A stretch of 64,000 nt of DNA from Eledone cirrhosa (GCA_964016885.1 OZ024742.1:123814001-123878000); one strand, 5' to 3'; shown: positions 44,076 to 60,352, counted from the first letter of the stretch. Program-made: numbers and translations. The notes: generated by a model from the letters alone, not told the origin.

Positions 44076-45653
44076 TACACAAATATTACCTATGTGGATT
44101 GGAATAGTCTAGAGAATGATGACTCATTTCCCGACATAGTTTCCTGTGTATACTTATATAATCACGTTTATGCACGTATTTCACAATGCTGTTAGAATAA
44201 TTGTAGGAGTTCCCCGATTCTCTTCAGCATGTATTTTTATTATTTTTTGAAAAACTATGGATACGAAGCAACAATCAATGGTATTATTTCCTTTCCAGCT
44301 TCAGCATATTCTATATTTACTAAATGTATTTCGTTTCATTGCATAATTGTGTAAGATTTCTTTTATTTTGATATCTTAACTAAAATAAAGGAAATACGTA
44401 AACATGAGTGTTGGGGAAGGGAAATGTTATCTAGAAATTTGAATCATTCAGGCAGCGAAACAAACCTTTAAGATCTAGTGCCAAATATAAACTATTTTAG
44501 ATTATTGATAATTCATAGTATGTTGCATTACAGATCGTGATTTACAGATTTGACAAAATAGAATTATTGGGTAAAATCTGCATATGTATAGAATTAGTAG
44601 TTATCCTTTCCTTGTTAACCCCGTCAAAGTTTAAACCTAACAACATTCGATATTTAGTGGCTTGTTTAATTTAATCCCAGGATTCCACATAACATTCTTT
44701 CTTTGTAATTGAAAACGAATTACGAAACAAAATCCAATTGAAATAAGAACCAAGAAAAGGTTAGAAATAGATTTAACGATGAAAGGAAATTTCAAGTCGA
44801 AATAAAGATGTCACAGGCGAGAATTAACATAAAGGAAATCAAGTATTAAAACACACCTACTACTTTTATCAAACATGTGATAGTGATGTAGTAAAGTAAG
44901 TCATGGATATTTTGATATGGAAGAAATAGAATATATACGCGTTGGTTAGAACTTGATATCTATGATCTCTAAAATGCTGAGACTCGAGTCTATACGAACG
45001 TTTATATGCGAGAATGAAGCAATATATATTTTCCCAGGCTCACATAAATATATCTGTATTTCACTGTATGTAAGCAATGTTCTTCTGCTTTGATTGGCAG
45101 TATCGGTAGAGGGTCGTAGGCCATGATTTGCAGCAAAGAGTTACGGCCGTTTATGTACACCCACACATCCACCCACATATATATATATATTTATAATTTT
45201 CTTCTCCGTAAATTTATTTCTTGGAGGATCACTTGGCAGAGTCCTCAGTGTACTATCAGTAGTTCCATAGTGTACTATCTGAAGCAACGGTCACCATTTC
45301 ATTCGGTTGAACCCCCAGGCTTGACCCACAGAACTCAGGGATGATATTTAATCATATTGCCTATGGTCTATCCCAGAGATTCGTGCCTGTTGGCTTTGCC
45401 CGTAAAATCTCACCACCGATTCTTTCCTTGGACATTCTAACACCATGTCCATAGAAAAGCGGCTGTGACCTATGGTTTCAGAGAAGCAACGACTCCCTGA
45501 TCTCTGCGCACCTTATCGAGCAATTATGCTGCAATAACACTTCGGAAGACAGCTCATATTTGTGTGTATATATAGATATCTACACACACATACACACAGA
45601 TACATACACACACGCATATACACACGGCACAAACACACACGCACACGCACACG

Positions 45654-45723
<70 letters not shown>

Positions 45724-48700
45724 TATTTATATGGGGTAAGTTTGAATGGTCACACAAACCACAAAATTATATACACCGAAGGTCTCCTCAAACGTCAGCT
45801 GATCATTTAAACAGCCAGTGACATAGGATAGGCAGAGGAAACCCAACACAATCATGGGCAACTAAAAATACCAATGAGACCATAAACCAATGTCGCTGCG
45901 TTCTATTGAGATTAAAGATGTCATTGAGACGCATATACCCATGCGCTGTCATTGTCTTATTAACATTACACATGACTTGAATCACCCAACAAAGGCCCTT
46001 ATCAGCATAGCCCTAAACTCAATACCGCATCTTGTTCTAATTTTCCCAAGAGGCGACTTGTCATTTAGACGTGTTTCCGCCTCGAAACCGCTGGTAGCTT
46101 TGAGACAAAAAATCGAACTGGTATTATATGTATTCGCTTTCGTATGTTTCAATCACATCTAGGCTGTCACGCCATGTATATTCCTCAGAGGCGGTTAAAT
46201 GGGGACACATTCCGTCTCCCTTTAAAAGTGTTGTTAATTTTCGGGAGATGTATTATTTTAAATGATCTTTGTTGCATGCAATTTCATGGTCATTGTCGTA
46301 ATCTACACTGAGGTAGCTTCTCGTTTTGTAGGCATCGTTGAGGGTGGTGTGGATGGTAAGGATGTGTTTGAGCTTGTGCCTGTAGCTTTACTTCTTCATC
46401 TAGTAAGGTACCTTTTCATATTGCCACAGAACATCATTTTGTTATCCGTTCCAGTTATTCCCCATTCTTCTGTGATAAATGCTTTTCTTCTTCATTTTCC
46501 ATGACAGGTACATATCATTTTTATTATGCAATCACATTTGTCGACGTGGCATTCACTTTCGAATAAAAAAATCTCAACGAATATTACGGTTTCTTAGGAT
46601 TTTTCTTTCGTTGCTGCTCAAGGTTGGATGACTGGCCGTTGTGTTTTACTAGTACTTTATCCACATAATTAACACACTTATTGAAATTGACGTAATCTGA
46701 AGATACATTAAATAGTATTTTTCTCATATTACTAAATTTTCCAGGTTTTTGAAGATAAGAAATATTTAATGTAAGGCTTACTTGTTTAACTGGAATATAT
46801 ATTCTATCAGCACGTGAACATTCCTCGATATATTACTTATAAATCGACGACTCCAGGACTTCGAATAAGAATTTGTTATTTTAATGTATTCAATAATTCA
46901 ATCAGATCCTGAAAGTGACATAAATATCAATGTACATTACGGAATCGATTTTCATATAAATATATTACATTATTTCTACACATATATATTTAAAATATAA
47001 CTATTATTTAATATGGAAGTGGCATTAATTAATTTTACCAATAGATGCACATATAAAAGGAAAATTATAATATTTAACAATTCTTCTCTATATTCTGTCA
47101 CCGCATCGAAATCATTGGCAGTTATTTCTGGACTCGATAAATATGGTATTTATTGAATATATGTATCTACAGCCAGGTTTGTGAGCTAAGCAAGTGTGTG
47201 ATATTTACGTGTGAATACATCTAATAAAACGTCCATATTGAATAGCCATAATGTCTGAGATAGCTGTGATCCATGTGGCACTTAAATGTTATGAAGTACC
47301 AGTGTATTCAAGCGTAACAATGTTAGTAATGTGCATTGAACTCATAACATGAGTCATCTTTTGTATGCTCGTCTGATTGATTGCGTTACGGCACGCTGCA
47401 ATTCTAGAATATCTCGTTATTGACTAAATTGCTCCAGTGCAGTAGTAATGCAGACACTTTAACTCCATTAATTTCCATATAGAAACAGACATTATTTAGA
47501 CACTATAATGAGTTAGTGAATGACTTTATAATAAGCTAACTCTAGAAGTTTTATTATATTTCATTTGATTTAATTTACACATGTTACTGAAAATGGTAAT
47601 ACTGAGGCTAAATAGGGAACTACCGTGTAAATAAATAGGATTTTCGCTTGATTTGATACGACGTTAGTTCAAAACATTCATTTCTTAGTCCATTTTCTAT
47701 TGTGTGCACATATTTCACGCATCCCCTTAGCCAAATCACTGAAGCCTGTCTCCACCAGTGTTATATTTCCAAATACAATTATTTTCAGAAATCTATTAAA
47801 TAATCCAAACCCTGTAAACCATTAACAACAGTTCTTTCATAAATATTATTTCCAAATAATAATTGCTAATCTCGCCTCTTTTGCTATAAAATATAGGAAA
47901 TATATTCATACGCGAATGCTTTAATAATATTTTAAAATGTGTGTTTCCACTCAGTTTCCAGCTTTAAAGTTACATACTTATTTTTCACCAAATCTTATTT
48001 TTTTCATGATATATTCTGTATATTTTTAAGCAGATCTGTTCAACCATTTTGGCTTAATTCTGCAGATTAATAATTGACAATACCAGCCAACATTCATATT
48101 TTCTTAAAACATGCAACGTTTGAAGGGTTAATAAAAACATATCTCCTTCCACTTCGCCCACTTACGCCTGGGAGTGTAGTGGAGGCAGAGTACTCAACCT
48201 CTTATTCCAGTGGATCCTATCAGAAGCAACCGTCTTCAAATAATCTGTTTCGATCACCAGGCGAGACAGAGACCAGCCGTGGTCATAGATGGTATCCAAC
48301 TATGCTGCTCCTGGTCTAATCCTGGATCTTCTGCGGTTGGTTTGTCCGTAAAATCTGTCCAGTGATTCTTTCCTGAGACATTTTAACCATATATCCGTAA
48401 TATGCAACACATTGCCTTAGATATTCAGATCAATAAAATATCAGAAAAATGTATTAGAATAATATGTGTGTTCTTCCAGGATAAATTTTAAATATATTTT
48501 GGAGTTAATAGTGTACAATTCATATCTGAACATATCTTTTCGAAGTAAAAACTTTTTTGCAATATCTATGACATTCATGTTACTGCACTTAATTCTAATC
48601 AGCAAATATGAATGAAATAATTATTCTCGTAACTAATTAAGATGGTGTGTATACCCGCTGATCTAAAGTATGAGACGCGTAAATATGTGCACATGTATGT

Positions 48701-49304
48701 ATCAGTATGTGTAGAGTGTGTGTGCAATTATTGAAAGATAATTAATTTGAGCAATTGAACACTTGAAAAATCGACAATCACAAAATACAATAAATAAAAA
48801 TACCCATACTGTTATTAATAAAGAAGTAATTATTTTGCTAATGACATCTTCTGTTCTATAAGTAAGGCTGGCGTTATGATTCTGACTATAACGAAGATGG
48901 TATTTATAGTGATGATAATCATTCTTTCTAACTTAGGTACAATGCCAGTAACTTTGAGGAAAGTGGAATGTCGATTTTATCGACATCAAGAAGATGAAAT
49001 GGAAACACACACACACACACACATACACATTAAATCACGTAAAATATTTTTCCACATTTCTAACGATTCTAACGATATACGGTCTTAAATAATAATTTTC
49101 CTAATTAAGGCAGAAAGAAGAGCAATTTGTAGCTTGGGTAATATCGATTATTTCGACACCAGGAATTTACTGGTTCTGTTTACTGCGTTATGTCAACGTC
49201 CCAAAGTTTACTTCGGTGGGATCTGAAACAAGAACGTAAATATCCAGATCAAATACTGCGAATCAATTGCTTGATGCACATACAACGCCTAACAACAACA
49301 ATAA

Positions 49305-49635
49305 TGATTGTTTCTACTTTTGGTACAAGGCCAGCAATTTTGGGGGAGGGGGAAGTCGATTAACTCGACCCCAGAGTGTGTCTGGTACTTTATTTTATCG
49401 ACCTTGTAAGGATGAAAGGCAAAGTTAACCTAGGATCGCCAACAATAATAATTGTTTCTACTTTTGGCAAAAGGCCAGCAATAAACCAGTACATTACTGG
49501 TACTTTATTTTATCGACCCAGTAAGGATGAAAGGCAAAGTCAAGCTCGGCGGGATTTGAACGCAGACCGTAAAGAGACGTAACTACGCTGTAAGCATGGC
49601 GTCTGACTCTCTACCGATACTGCCAATCCGCCGAA
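49305..49635 (-). mobile_element. Two adjacent SINE family A copies (one truncated)
   Basis: attgtttctacttttgg at ~49307 and ~49451, each followed by the core. Confidence 0.88.
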
Positions 49636-52600
49636 CAATAATAATGATGATAAAATTGAATTTTATTTGGCTAGCATAAGTAGCAAGGCACGCCGCAACA
49701 TAAACGCTCCCATTTGACATGTTCACTAATTAGTGTAACAATCACCAGGTGAAAGTATTTTAAAAGCATTAGCAGAGAAATAATACAGTGTCAATTCTTG
49801 GCTTAGACAAGTAAATTCAGAGCCATTTCTGTTCATTACTGTTTTAATTACTGTTTTAATTACTATTTTAAATCCTGTTTTCAGTAGAAGGTAGGAATAT
49901 GTCATTAAAAGTTAAAACTGACAATAAAATTAAAACATTTATGAGCTATACTGAGTGCTTATTATTAACATTGTTCTTTCTTTCTCAGTAAAAAGAAGAA
50001 ATTCAACAACAAAATAGAAAGTATCAACAATAACAGTGTATAATGCCACACTACTGAAACTGGAATATAAAATGTTAATAAAAACAGCATCAACCATATG
50101 TAAAATAGTTATGGGAGTCACATGCAGTAAGAATTAAAAGCAACGAAAAATATACTAAAAAAACATTATTAACAAAGGTGAAGGGGCATTTAATAATTCG
50201 GGGAAAAATACACTTGATAACATAGTTGTTTCTCTGTGGTGATACAGAATCACTTCTACTGATGGGTCTTAGAGGTTTAATTAGGCCGAATTTATATATA
50301 AATTAATACTACGTAGTGTATTAATGGGATTAGTGAAACTTATACACAACATTTGGGAAACATAATTTACAGGTTCGTGACATTTTTGGCTTTATTTTCT
50401 ATCTAGACTGGTGTTACCGGTGGTGGGAGCTCTGATATGTACCATGTAACCTCTGGAGTAAATCTGCGTCCTTTTTGAGCTTTGAATTTCCATTTCTTCT
50501 AATAATGGAATAACCTACTCCTAAACTTAACGTGTAAATGACTGAACTTTCCTGAGGCAGGTGTAGTCTTAATGCAATTCTTAGGGCGATTCAATGTGAT
50601 ACAGTGTGTGGCAAGAGGGGTTTTTCAAATTACAGGCACAGCCAATTCAACCGGCTTCCAAACAGTTTTTGCCTTGCTAGTTTCATCAACAAGGCATGAG
50701 TTGAACTGAGGTTATAGTAATTGTCACTTGACACAGATGCAACACAGCGAAATAGAACCTGGACGTAATGACCTATGAGAAAACTAATTAACCATTAGGC
50801 TGTACTGCGTCCACTCCTAATATGCACCGTTTATAGGTATCACAACCGATAATTAGTTTACTTACATAATTTGGCTAGACAGTAATGCAATAATATTAGT
50901 GGAACTAAATAATAAGCTAGACAGACTTTGGAGAATACGAGTTTTCATCCACACAATGACTTTTTCCAACATGAATATCCTGAGGCAGCCATAACACTGG
51001 CTATATTTTTGTTAATATCAGTTTATCGTATGTCATGTTTACTTTACGATATAGAAAATAAAGAATACACAATAATACGATAATTGTTCGTCTCCTATTT
51101 GTTAATTATTTTGTGAGTAGAATTTGTTTTATAATAAAACTAAATATATTTTCATATATTGAATACTTTAACGCATCTGTTTCGTTTTTCACAAAATTAT
51201 ATAACTTTCATTTCCCTTATTACTGCGGAATCCATGAGATATTTCAGTTCTTACTTTTGCTCCCTTTATTGCTCCCATCACTATTCAATGATTATTCTTT
51301 TCATAATAATCACTTGAATATTTAATATAAAATATATTCTTTTTGGCAAAATATTTATTCATTTACTTAGATTTGATGATATGCTTTAAAGTGAAACCAT
51401 AGATGATTTCATTAATGTTTGTAAGTTATTTGGTAGGCAATACAAGTCTAATAATTGTGTTACGTGTACAAGCACCCACAAAAGCACACACATACAGAGA
51501 TGCACTTCCATACACACACATATACATATATAAATATATGTGTGGGTTGGTGTGGATATATATTTGAGTATGTATGTGTGTGTGCGTGTGGATATATATT
51601 AGTGTGTGTATGCGTGCGTATCTTTGATACATTCAATAGAGTTCAATAAGTATTAGCTCAGGTCCTACCTAACCTGAAAGAAGGTTATAGCGAAGTCTTT
51701 TAAGCCACGCTTCATATTTTTGTCATAATGTGGACTGCATGTCTCAATCGGGTAAAGCATTGTTGTTTTTACTGTGAAATGTTCGACGTATACAATTTAG
51801 TGTCCCATTCTCCATTAATGGCCGGATGCCTCAGTAAAGGGTGGTGATCAATCTCTTTTCATAGACGTGATATTCAACGTAAACCATTTGAAGACAATGA
51901 AACTGTATGCAGTAGAGAAGACTAATAATAGTTATACGTTGATTATAACGTGAACATATCAGGACCAACTATCTTAAATATTGTAATATATTCCCAAATG
52001 CCGAATATATGTATGTAGCAATGTAAACTACTCTTTAGTAGTTACGCTTTTGCTCTCCGACTTATCACTCCAAATTTTAATATATATCATCTACCACTTC
52101 TCCCTCATTAGATCTTTGTTATACTAACCTTAAGTTATACAGTATATTATCTTTCAGCAAAAGTATATTTAATATGAAACATATCTAACACTACCATATT
52201 TGTTCTACTTCGCACACGTATACTTTATTACAGATAACTTTTCGCACATATACAATTCACTGAAGAATTAAATACTTAGGTACATCAAACTATCTCATAT
52301 ATTATGTAGCACCCCACGTGCACGTTTTAATAGACAATATCATCCATCAATAGATCCTTAACTACAGATAGCCGACTGGGGAATTTGAACCTAGAAGAGC
52401 CCCTTCCTCTTCAGTGAAGATTTTGACGCAGATATGAAGAGAGAGAAAAGGGAGAGAAAAATTAAAATTGTTATAGATGAAGAACCAACCACAGCACTCG
52501 ACTGTTACTTTATTTATCACCCTTAAAGCCTGAGAACCAGAACGAAAACTACAATGCATTTTACCTGGTGTTTTTAGATCTCTTCTAATTAGCAGAATTT

Positions 52601-53267
52601 TAATCGACTACTAAAACTTTACGAATGCCAGCACTAAGCATATCACAAAACAAAAACAATATTTATTTGGAAAATTGCACATTGAATAATTAACCCCTCA
52701 ATTTTTTGGACACCACTTCTACATAGACGGCACTGTTTATGACTATACAACCAATAGTAATTTCCTTTGTTATATACATAATATTCAATCCAATCCTAGG
52801 GTTTCTAACTCTTCTTGGTTATCACTGGTTGGCTTCCATCACTTTCTATTTGGTTTTAGTCAAGTCAGAGATGTAGCCGTATTCACCACGCTTGGCTAAT
52901 TGTGGGTTGGTGAGGCTATTTAATCCATATTTTGGGTGGAAGAGCGTTGATTCTAATGAGTTCATCCACCCTTTTAACAGTGCTGCTGCGGTTTGACTTA
53001 CCTTCCCCACTAGACCAGGGTCTAGTGAGGGAGCCAGTTTAATCGCTGACCATTCAAATATGAAGCATGTTGTACTGTTTTACATGGTACCAGTATCAGG
53101 CTGACACCTCACCTGACCACACAATTTAGCAGGCATAAAGCACCCAATTAACTAATTGGCGTTTCTCTTTTAATTTGTAATCGAAAGCAAATCCTCGGGA
53201 GAATCGTTAGTGGTTGTCATGGAAAATATGTCAAAATTTAAAGAAATTGCGTCATTCATAAATAGCT

Positions 53268-53274
53268 CTGCTGC

Positions 53275-53370
<96 letters not shown>

Positions 53371-53378
53371 ACTACTAC
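53268..53378. repeat. (CTG)n(CTA)n trinucleotide repeat
   Basis: Directly visible. Confidence 0.95.
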
Positions 53379-54094
53379 GAAATACATCTACTTCTTAGTA
53401 GTGATATGATTAAACCTTTTCATCCCACACGATCCAACATTATCTGCCTCTTACCGGATAATGCACATTTCCTCAATGGCTCTCTTTACTTACTTAAGAG
53501 GTTTTTAACGGTTGAGTTTCCAATTAATGGGTACCGATAATAAGCGTGTTTTAGCAAGTGCTGTACATCTCATTACATGACCGGTTAATTGCTGACGTCT
53601 GACACAAATGGTATAGCTAATTGGCGGGAGCTTGCCGTAGTCAATTTTGTTTGGCAGGTAACGTAAAAAAATAACCGTATATAAATGAAAATCGATCTAA
53701 TATCCAGGTATTAAATAATAATCTGAATCAAAATTGAATATAAGCACAATTATAATGCACTGATTATCTAGGAGTCATTCTCCACCATACATCATTCAAT
53801 ATTTTCCACAGTTCTCATCAAGCATTTTAATCATTCATAAATTATATATAATTTATAAAATAATATACAGCCTTATTGTTCATAACTTCGATCCACCATG
53901 CTAATTAGTTGGTTGCAAACTATATTTAATATCGAGCATCATACATAATTATAAACCCCAAACATATTTTCTTCTCACACAATTGCATTCAACCTAATAA
54001 CCATAGAGCTTACCATATCTACTTAATTTTCATGTAACGATATTGAATAAATACACACTCACACATCTATCTATCAATTAATCAATCCATCAAG

Positions 54095-54099
54095 CTATC

Positions 54100-54178
<79 letters not shown>

Positions 54179-54192
54179 TAGTTTGTCTTTCT

Positions 54193-54235
<43 letters not shown>
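54095..54235. repeat. (ATCT)n and (CA)n microsatellites
   Basis: Directly visible. Confidence 0.95.
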
Positions 54236-55819
54236 CTAACAAAGTGGTCCGTAGATGCTGGGTAATTTTCACCATCAGATATTTTACTTTATTCCATGTC
54301 CGACCTTGACTTCCCCGTGTCCGACACAATTAATCCTTCAGATGGCTTCTATGAAAATTTAATCAGTGGCTTCTTATGGACTCTAGAGTAGGCGTCTTCG
54401 TGTAAACATCATGTAACTTCTGTGTAAACCACTCTCTGCCTCACAGCGAAACCAATGCCCCCGCGTTGTTGGCTTGGATGGACGGAATAATAAGGTCACG
54501 TTAAAGGAACACATGAGACGATCAATGAACGTCAGATCCTTAAATCTTCACCGTAATAGTGATTGATGTATTACTATTATCTATTTTTATGTTTTTATTT
54601 TATTCTTTTCGGGGACACAAATTTTAAAACACAAATCCATTTTACTCTTGGACGCAGTTCAGTGACCTACATATATACACTTTGAAATATAAAATAGATT
54701 ACCCCCTCTCTCTCTCTGTCTCTCTCTCTCTTTCTATCTTCCTACCTCTCCCTCTTTCTCTCTCTCTCTGTACACGCACACACACACACACACACTCACA
54801 CACACATATATATCTATATATATTAGAGGGTAAAATGACAACTCCATCCATTGTAAGATATAAGAGGTGAATCTAATATCTGCAGTTATTAATTTCTAGT
54901 CCTGCCTGTAAATATCAAAAAGTGTAATCACACGTTATGCCAAATTACCTATATTTGAATGGATCTCTTCATGCCCTTAGTTGCCATGCAGTATATCTCG
55001 TTCAATGGGTTGCTTCAGATATCAACAAAACAGAAAGGCAGTCTGAGCTGTATCAGAAAGTACTGTATGATAATACATAAATAGATTTATTCGCCACTAT
55101 ATATTATATGAAAAGACATTTGCTTTCTATTTTCTTAGTGCATATCAAATAATTCACATATGGTTAATCCTATGGTTTTGTAAATAAGGCTATTCTGTAT
55201 AATATGCCTAAATATATGTTTGGGATTAATGGAGGAAGGGTTATAGATAATAGAAGATCGAATTATTTAATTATACTTCATATAAATACACACGAGAGAG
55301 AATTCCCCCAAATGCCAACAGAAAGTTTGGCACACGCACACACACACATATATATATATGTGTGTGTGTGTAATTATATAAGACAGAGATTGGCGAAATG
55401 GAATTGATACTAAAGCTCTATTACTATACATTCATACAGAAAATATATACTGTCGGCTCAAATGATATGCGCACCCAATCCGAGTGCGTAAAGTTAATAA
55501 ACACAATCACCTTCGGCAGTTGAGAAACAAAGTAATACGAGATTGACTAAAATGTGTACTGAATAATATCTAAGATAACACAATGAGTAATTAACCATGA
55601 TCTACTTTTTTTGTGAGGAAAGAACTAAATTTATTTAATAAATCACGTATCAAAATATCAATAACCTGATGATTTTTTCGACACCATAATAGAAGATGCA
55701 GACTACATTTGTGCAAATATTTCAATATTTAATGTTAGCTTTTGTGGAAATTGTTGTTCTATAGCTTAACTCAATCACTGAACAAAATACCTTACAGTAC
55801 ATATAATTTTATAGATCTA

Positions 55820-56190
55820 TTGGACATCATGTCGCGAATGTCAACGGCCGAAATGTGGTTCCTCCAAAGGGTCCTTGGAGTAACGTTACTCGGTAGCGTG
55901 TGTAACTTGGATATCAGAGAGTCGCTCCAAGTAGAGCCTCTTCTTCTTCGAATTGGAAGGTGACACATCCGATACTATGGGCATGTGATAAGAATATCGC
56001 AGGAAAGAATTGCTGGACAGATTTTACGGTCGAAACCAACCGGAAAAAGCTCCAGGGGTACACCCCGAGCATGATGGTTCGATTAAATCCATTTGCCAGG
56101 CTGGTCTCGCTTGGGGATCCAGCCGGATAAACTTGAGATGGATGACTCTGATAGGACCTCTGAGTGTTTGAGAACTCTGCCCCCCGACAC
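55820..56190 (+). pseudogene. RTE-clade LINE C-terminal fragment
   Basis: AEMWFLQRVLGVTLL..DIRESLQVEPLLLRIGR*HIRYYGHVIR..KPTGKSSRGTPR. Confidence 0.85.
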
Positions 56191-56410
56191 TCTTTGGAAT
56201 ATGTAGGTGCAGAAGAAAATATTTAACAGGCATTAAAATGCATAAAAAAAAAAATGGACTCAACAAAATATGTACCAGTAACTTGCAATGGCAAAACTCA
56301 TGCATCTTCATCATATCTTATCTAAAGTTTAACAGGAATTAATTTTATTGACTTCGGAAATATATTTCCAGGTGATATCTAACATCAAGTATAAAAACAC
56401 TAAATAAATA

Positions 56411-56593
56411 TAATTATTTCTACTTTTGGCACAAGGCCAGCACTTATCCCAGTGTTACTTTATTTTATCGACCCCATAAGGATGAAAGGCAAAGTTAACC
56501 TCGGCGGGATTTGAACTCAGACCATAAAGGGCCGTAACTCTTTGCTGCAAAGCATTGTGTCCGACCCAATACCGATACTGCCAATCCACCGCC
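56411..56593 (-). mobile_element. SINE family A, full length
   Basis: A and B boxes on the minus strand plus the conserved core. Confidence 0.9.
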
Positions 56594-57159
56594 TAAATAA
56601 ATATAATAAATATAACTCGGTTCGGTTACCCACAGAACAAAATGTATATAATGCTAAATATATTTATTGAAGGAGGCTGTTTTTGTATTTAGTCTATAAA
56701 TAGCCCCTATATGATGCACAAAAATCCATTTGGACGAATGATTTCAATTGGGTTATCCCAAACCTTATATAGGTAAGTGTATATATTTAGTTCACGTTTC
56801 GATTCTCTCGTATTTAAAGGTAATTGATTTGTAATAAAAACAACAGAGTTGTGTTTTTATGTGTCCTGTGATGAAGAAAAATGTCGATGTCCGTGTGCTT
56901 TATCGGAGAATAATGGCTAGTCTCAAATTTATGATAACATAAACAACTTCTGAAATTTATATGACAATAATGGCCATGCAGCGTTAATATTGTAACAGCT
57001 ATTCAAACATAACATTTGAAATATTATTAAACCAAAATATTAAATGTTTTAAACCAAATAGTTGGTAATCCTTTGTCCTTATTCTGTAGGTATGAATGCA
57101 TATAACTATCTGTTTCTCTCTCTCTCTTTCTTTTCTCCCCGCCCCTCTCTCCATCCTCT

Positions 57160-57203
<44 letters not shown>

Positions 57204-57228
57204 GCATTTATATATAAATGCACACACA

Positions 57229-57282
<54 letters not shown>

Positions 57283-57341
57283 CATACATATATATATATA
57301 CATACATACATATATATATATACATATATATATATATATGC

Positions 57342-57401
<60 letters not shown>

Positions 57402-57460
57402 GTATATATATATATATATGTATATGTATATATATATATATGTATATGTATATATATATG

Positions 57461-57493
<33 letters not shown>

Positions 57494-57534
57494 GTATATG
57501 TATATATATATATGTATATGTATATATATATATG

Positions 57535-57601
<67 letters not shown>

Positions 57602-57602
57602 G

Positions 57603-57643
<41 letters not shown>

Positions 57644-57644
57644 G

Positions 57645-57717
<73 letters not shown>

Positions 57718-57816
57718 ATAATAATAAATTTGAAGACTAAAATCCAAAGAGGGCTCGATAAGGATAAATATATATCAAATATATAAGAACCGTAGAGCAC
57801 ATATATATATATATTA

Positions 57817-57889
<73 letters not shown>

Positions 57890-57890
57890 G
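57160..57890. repeat. (TA)n compound microsatellite
   Basis: Directly visible. Confidence 0.95.
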
Positions 57891-58097
57891 TATTAAGGGT
57901 ACTATTTATGGTTATGTATGCAATAAAACCTTTGATGGTAATATATTATATATACACAAACCCTAAATAGTGAGAGATAGTCATTAATTACTATCCTATT
58001 ACCAGTAAGATAAATAGCTCAATGTAATAACATCAGTTGTTTTACAGAGCAGTTATATAGAGATTACAGTAATCAAAGTTCAGTTTAAGTCATTTAT

Positions 58098-58146
58098 TTG
58101 CTTACAATTGTTTCCTCCAAACCGAGGTTTGGATTCTTCGGAGCAA
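58098..58146 (-). ncRNA. Type I hammerhead, core variant CCGAAGA (more mutated plus-strand copy at 60133-60181)
   Basis: Minus: ttgct-CCGAAGA-a tccaaacc tc ggtttgga g-GAAA caattg TA-agcaa. Confidence 0.75.
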
Positions 58147-58169
58147 CTATTTATAACATACTTGACGTA

Positions 58170-58590
58170 TAGATCAAGTAGAACCTGCCCTTTAGATAAA
58201 CAATGCTTAACCAAGGATATCATATACGCATGTACAGTCACAACTAACAGCTCTTCTGAAACCTACATAGGCTCCACTTCTAACTGCTTCAAAACTAGAT
58301 ACAATTCGCACCTCCACTCTTTCAAAAAACACAGTCTAGCCAACTCCACTTCACTATCTAGCTACATACACTATCTAAAAACTAAAAATAAAATATATAC
58401 ACTTAAATGGGAAGTGGTAGGTAGTGCAACATCGTACAAACCACCTGATAAATTGTGTAACCTCTGTCTACTAGAGACCCATACTATCATCTTCTCTAAA
58501 CATAATCTCCTTAATAAAAAATCAGAAGTGTTCGCAAATTGCCAACACCGCTTCCGACACTCGTTCCAAAACTTTAAACCCTATAAATAA
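58170..58590 (+). pseudogene. PLE GIY-YIG endonuclease, open frame but 5'-truncated
   Basis: CPLDKQCLTKDIIYACTV..YIGSTSNCFKTRYNSHLHSF..CNLCLLE..LLNKKSEVFANCQH. Confidence 0.92.
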
Positions 58591-60212
58591 TAATGTCAGA
58601 CTGGAACCGGCACCACCCCTAGCAATTAACATCAGTAGCACACCTTACACCTCACATCCACACCCATCTCTATACTCTAAAGATAATACTGACAGCATTT
58701 TAGTACCACCTACCCTGGGAATACCCCCTTGTACCTCTAATACTGATATCTCGACCGTGGACTACTTATTCTGCATTGCACAAATATAAGATTAGTATAA
58801 ATTGGGGACATGGTACTGGTTGCGATAGCATAGTCATGTGCATGGATTACCACCAAGAGATAGATTGATGATTAGATAGATAATCGTATTGTTAAGTGAT
58901 TATATACTGTAAGCGATCAGTTCATTGAATTATGCACGTAATCATCTTGATGTGGACTCCTTTAATACCTATTAATAGACTCCACTCTAGCTTGGAGATG
59001 TGATACATAATTGATTTATATTTGAGACGGGGGTTGTCTATTGCTTGATGGCCTGACTAGTGCATTTATATGAGAGATTGGATCTCCGGACCATACCGAA
59101 GATTTACTGGAGATGCAGGCAAGCAATGACCCGGAGCTTACCGGGTGGCATATATAATAGTGGGACCATACCAGGTCCTACTGTTATATTACATTTGCAT
59201 GGAGCAGTGACTTGAGAGTCTGACTCCTCTTATAGAACGTTCAGATATGACACCCCTTAATTAATGGATGGTAATCATCCTAATATATACACCCTTGTAC
59301 TTCTTAATGGACAACTCTCTAACCTATAAATGGGTAACATACTCTAGTAATTAGTTATAACTTCACATGATAGGCACGTATTTGAATCACCATTAATGTA
59401 GTTTAGCATAGTAATGTAACTAAGATAACTAGCTAGTTACCTCCCCTTAAGCATTAATTCCCCTTAGTCATTCAGGCACTTCCGGAATCTGGACAGCATG
59501 ATATATTAATTAAGAACCGACTGGATACGGTTTATAGCTTGACTATATGCTGAACCACTGCGAATTATACGATAGACGCGTGTTCTCTATATATATATTG
59601 CGTCTCATGGATTATGTGAGTGGTGGTGTGAGCAAGGACAGTGGTACGACCTTGCCTACGATACAATAAGGTTTATAGTATGTTGAAGGTTTTTGATATT
59701 TTGGTGTTTCCCCGCATCCGAGACTGTATATCATACAGATGTATGAGAATAAATGACTTAATAATTCAGCCTATATAATAAGATCGATTGCCTGCTTCAA
59801 CTGCCTGACCCTGCAAACATCATTCTGACGCACTCTAATCATGTATAGATAAGACACGCGTGCATGCTACACGGGAGATTGTTTCATACACTGACTAATC
59901 TAAGCTTTCCTCTTGCTTTATCTTCATAGACTGCCAACGCTTCATGTTTATCTTTATTTTCACTCTTATTTTCACTCTTGTTTTTATTTTATTTTATTTT
60001 TATCCTGTAACCTTTATATGTAAATTGCCATGCTATATCATTTGATGAATGTCACCCCACTGTTGATCAATATGCGCATATGTTTTATGTGTCTCTTGGG
60101 TTGAAAAGGAGGTCAAAGTATGTTATAAATAGTTGCACCAAAGAATCCAAACCTCGGTTTGGAGGAAACAATTGTAAGCAAATAAATGACTTAAACTGAA
60201 CTTTGATTACTG

Positions 60213-60331
<119 letters not shown>

Positions 60332-60352
60332 TATATAGTTTTAATATAGATG

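Noticed and set aside
50405-50525. Possible host exon
   Set aside because: Short open frames with weak splice signals on either strand, no recognisable protein and no partner exons
53210-53398. Poly-Leu (or poly-Gln/Ser) ORF
   Set aside because: Trinucleotide microsatellite with no coding context
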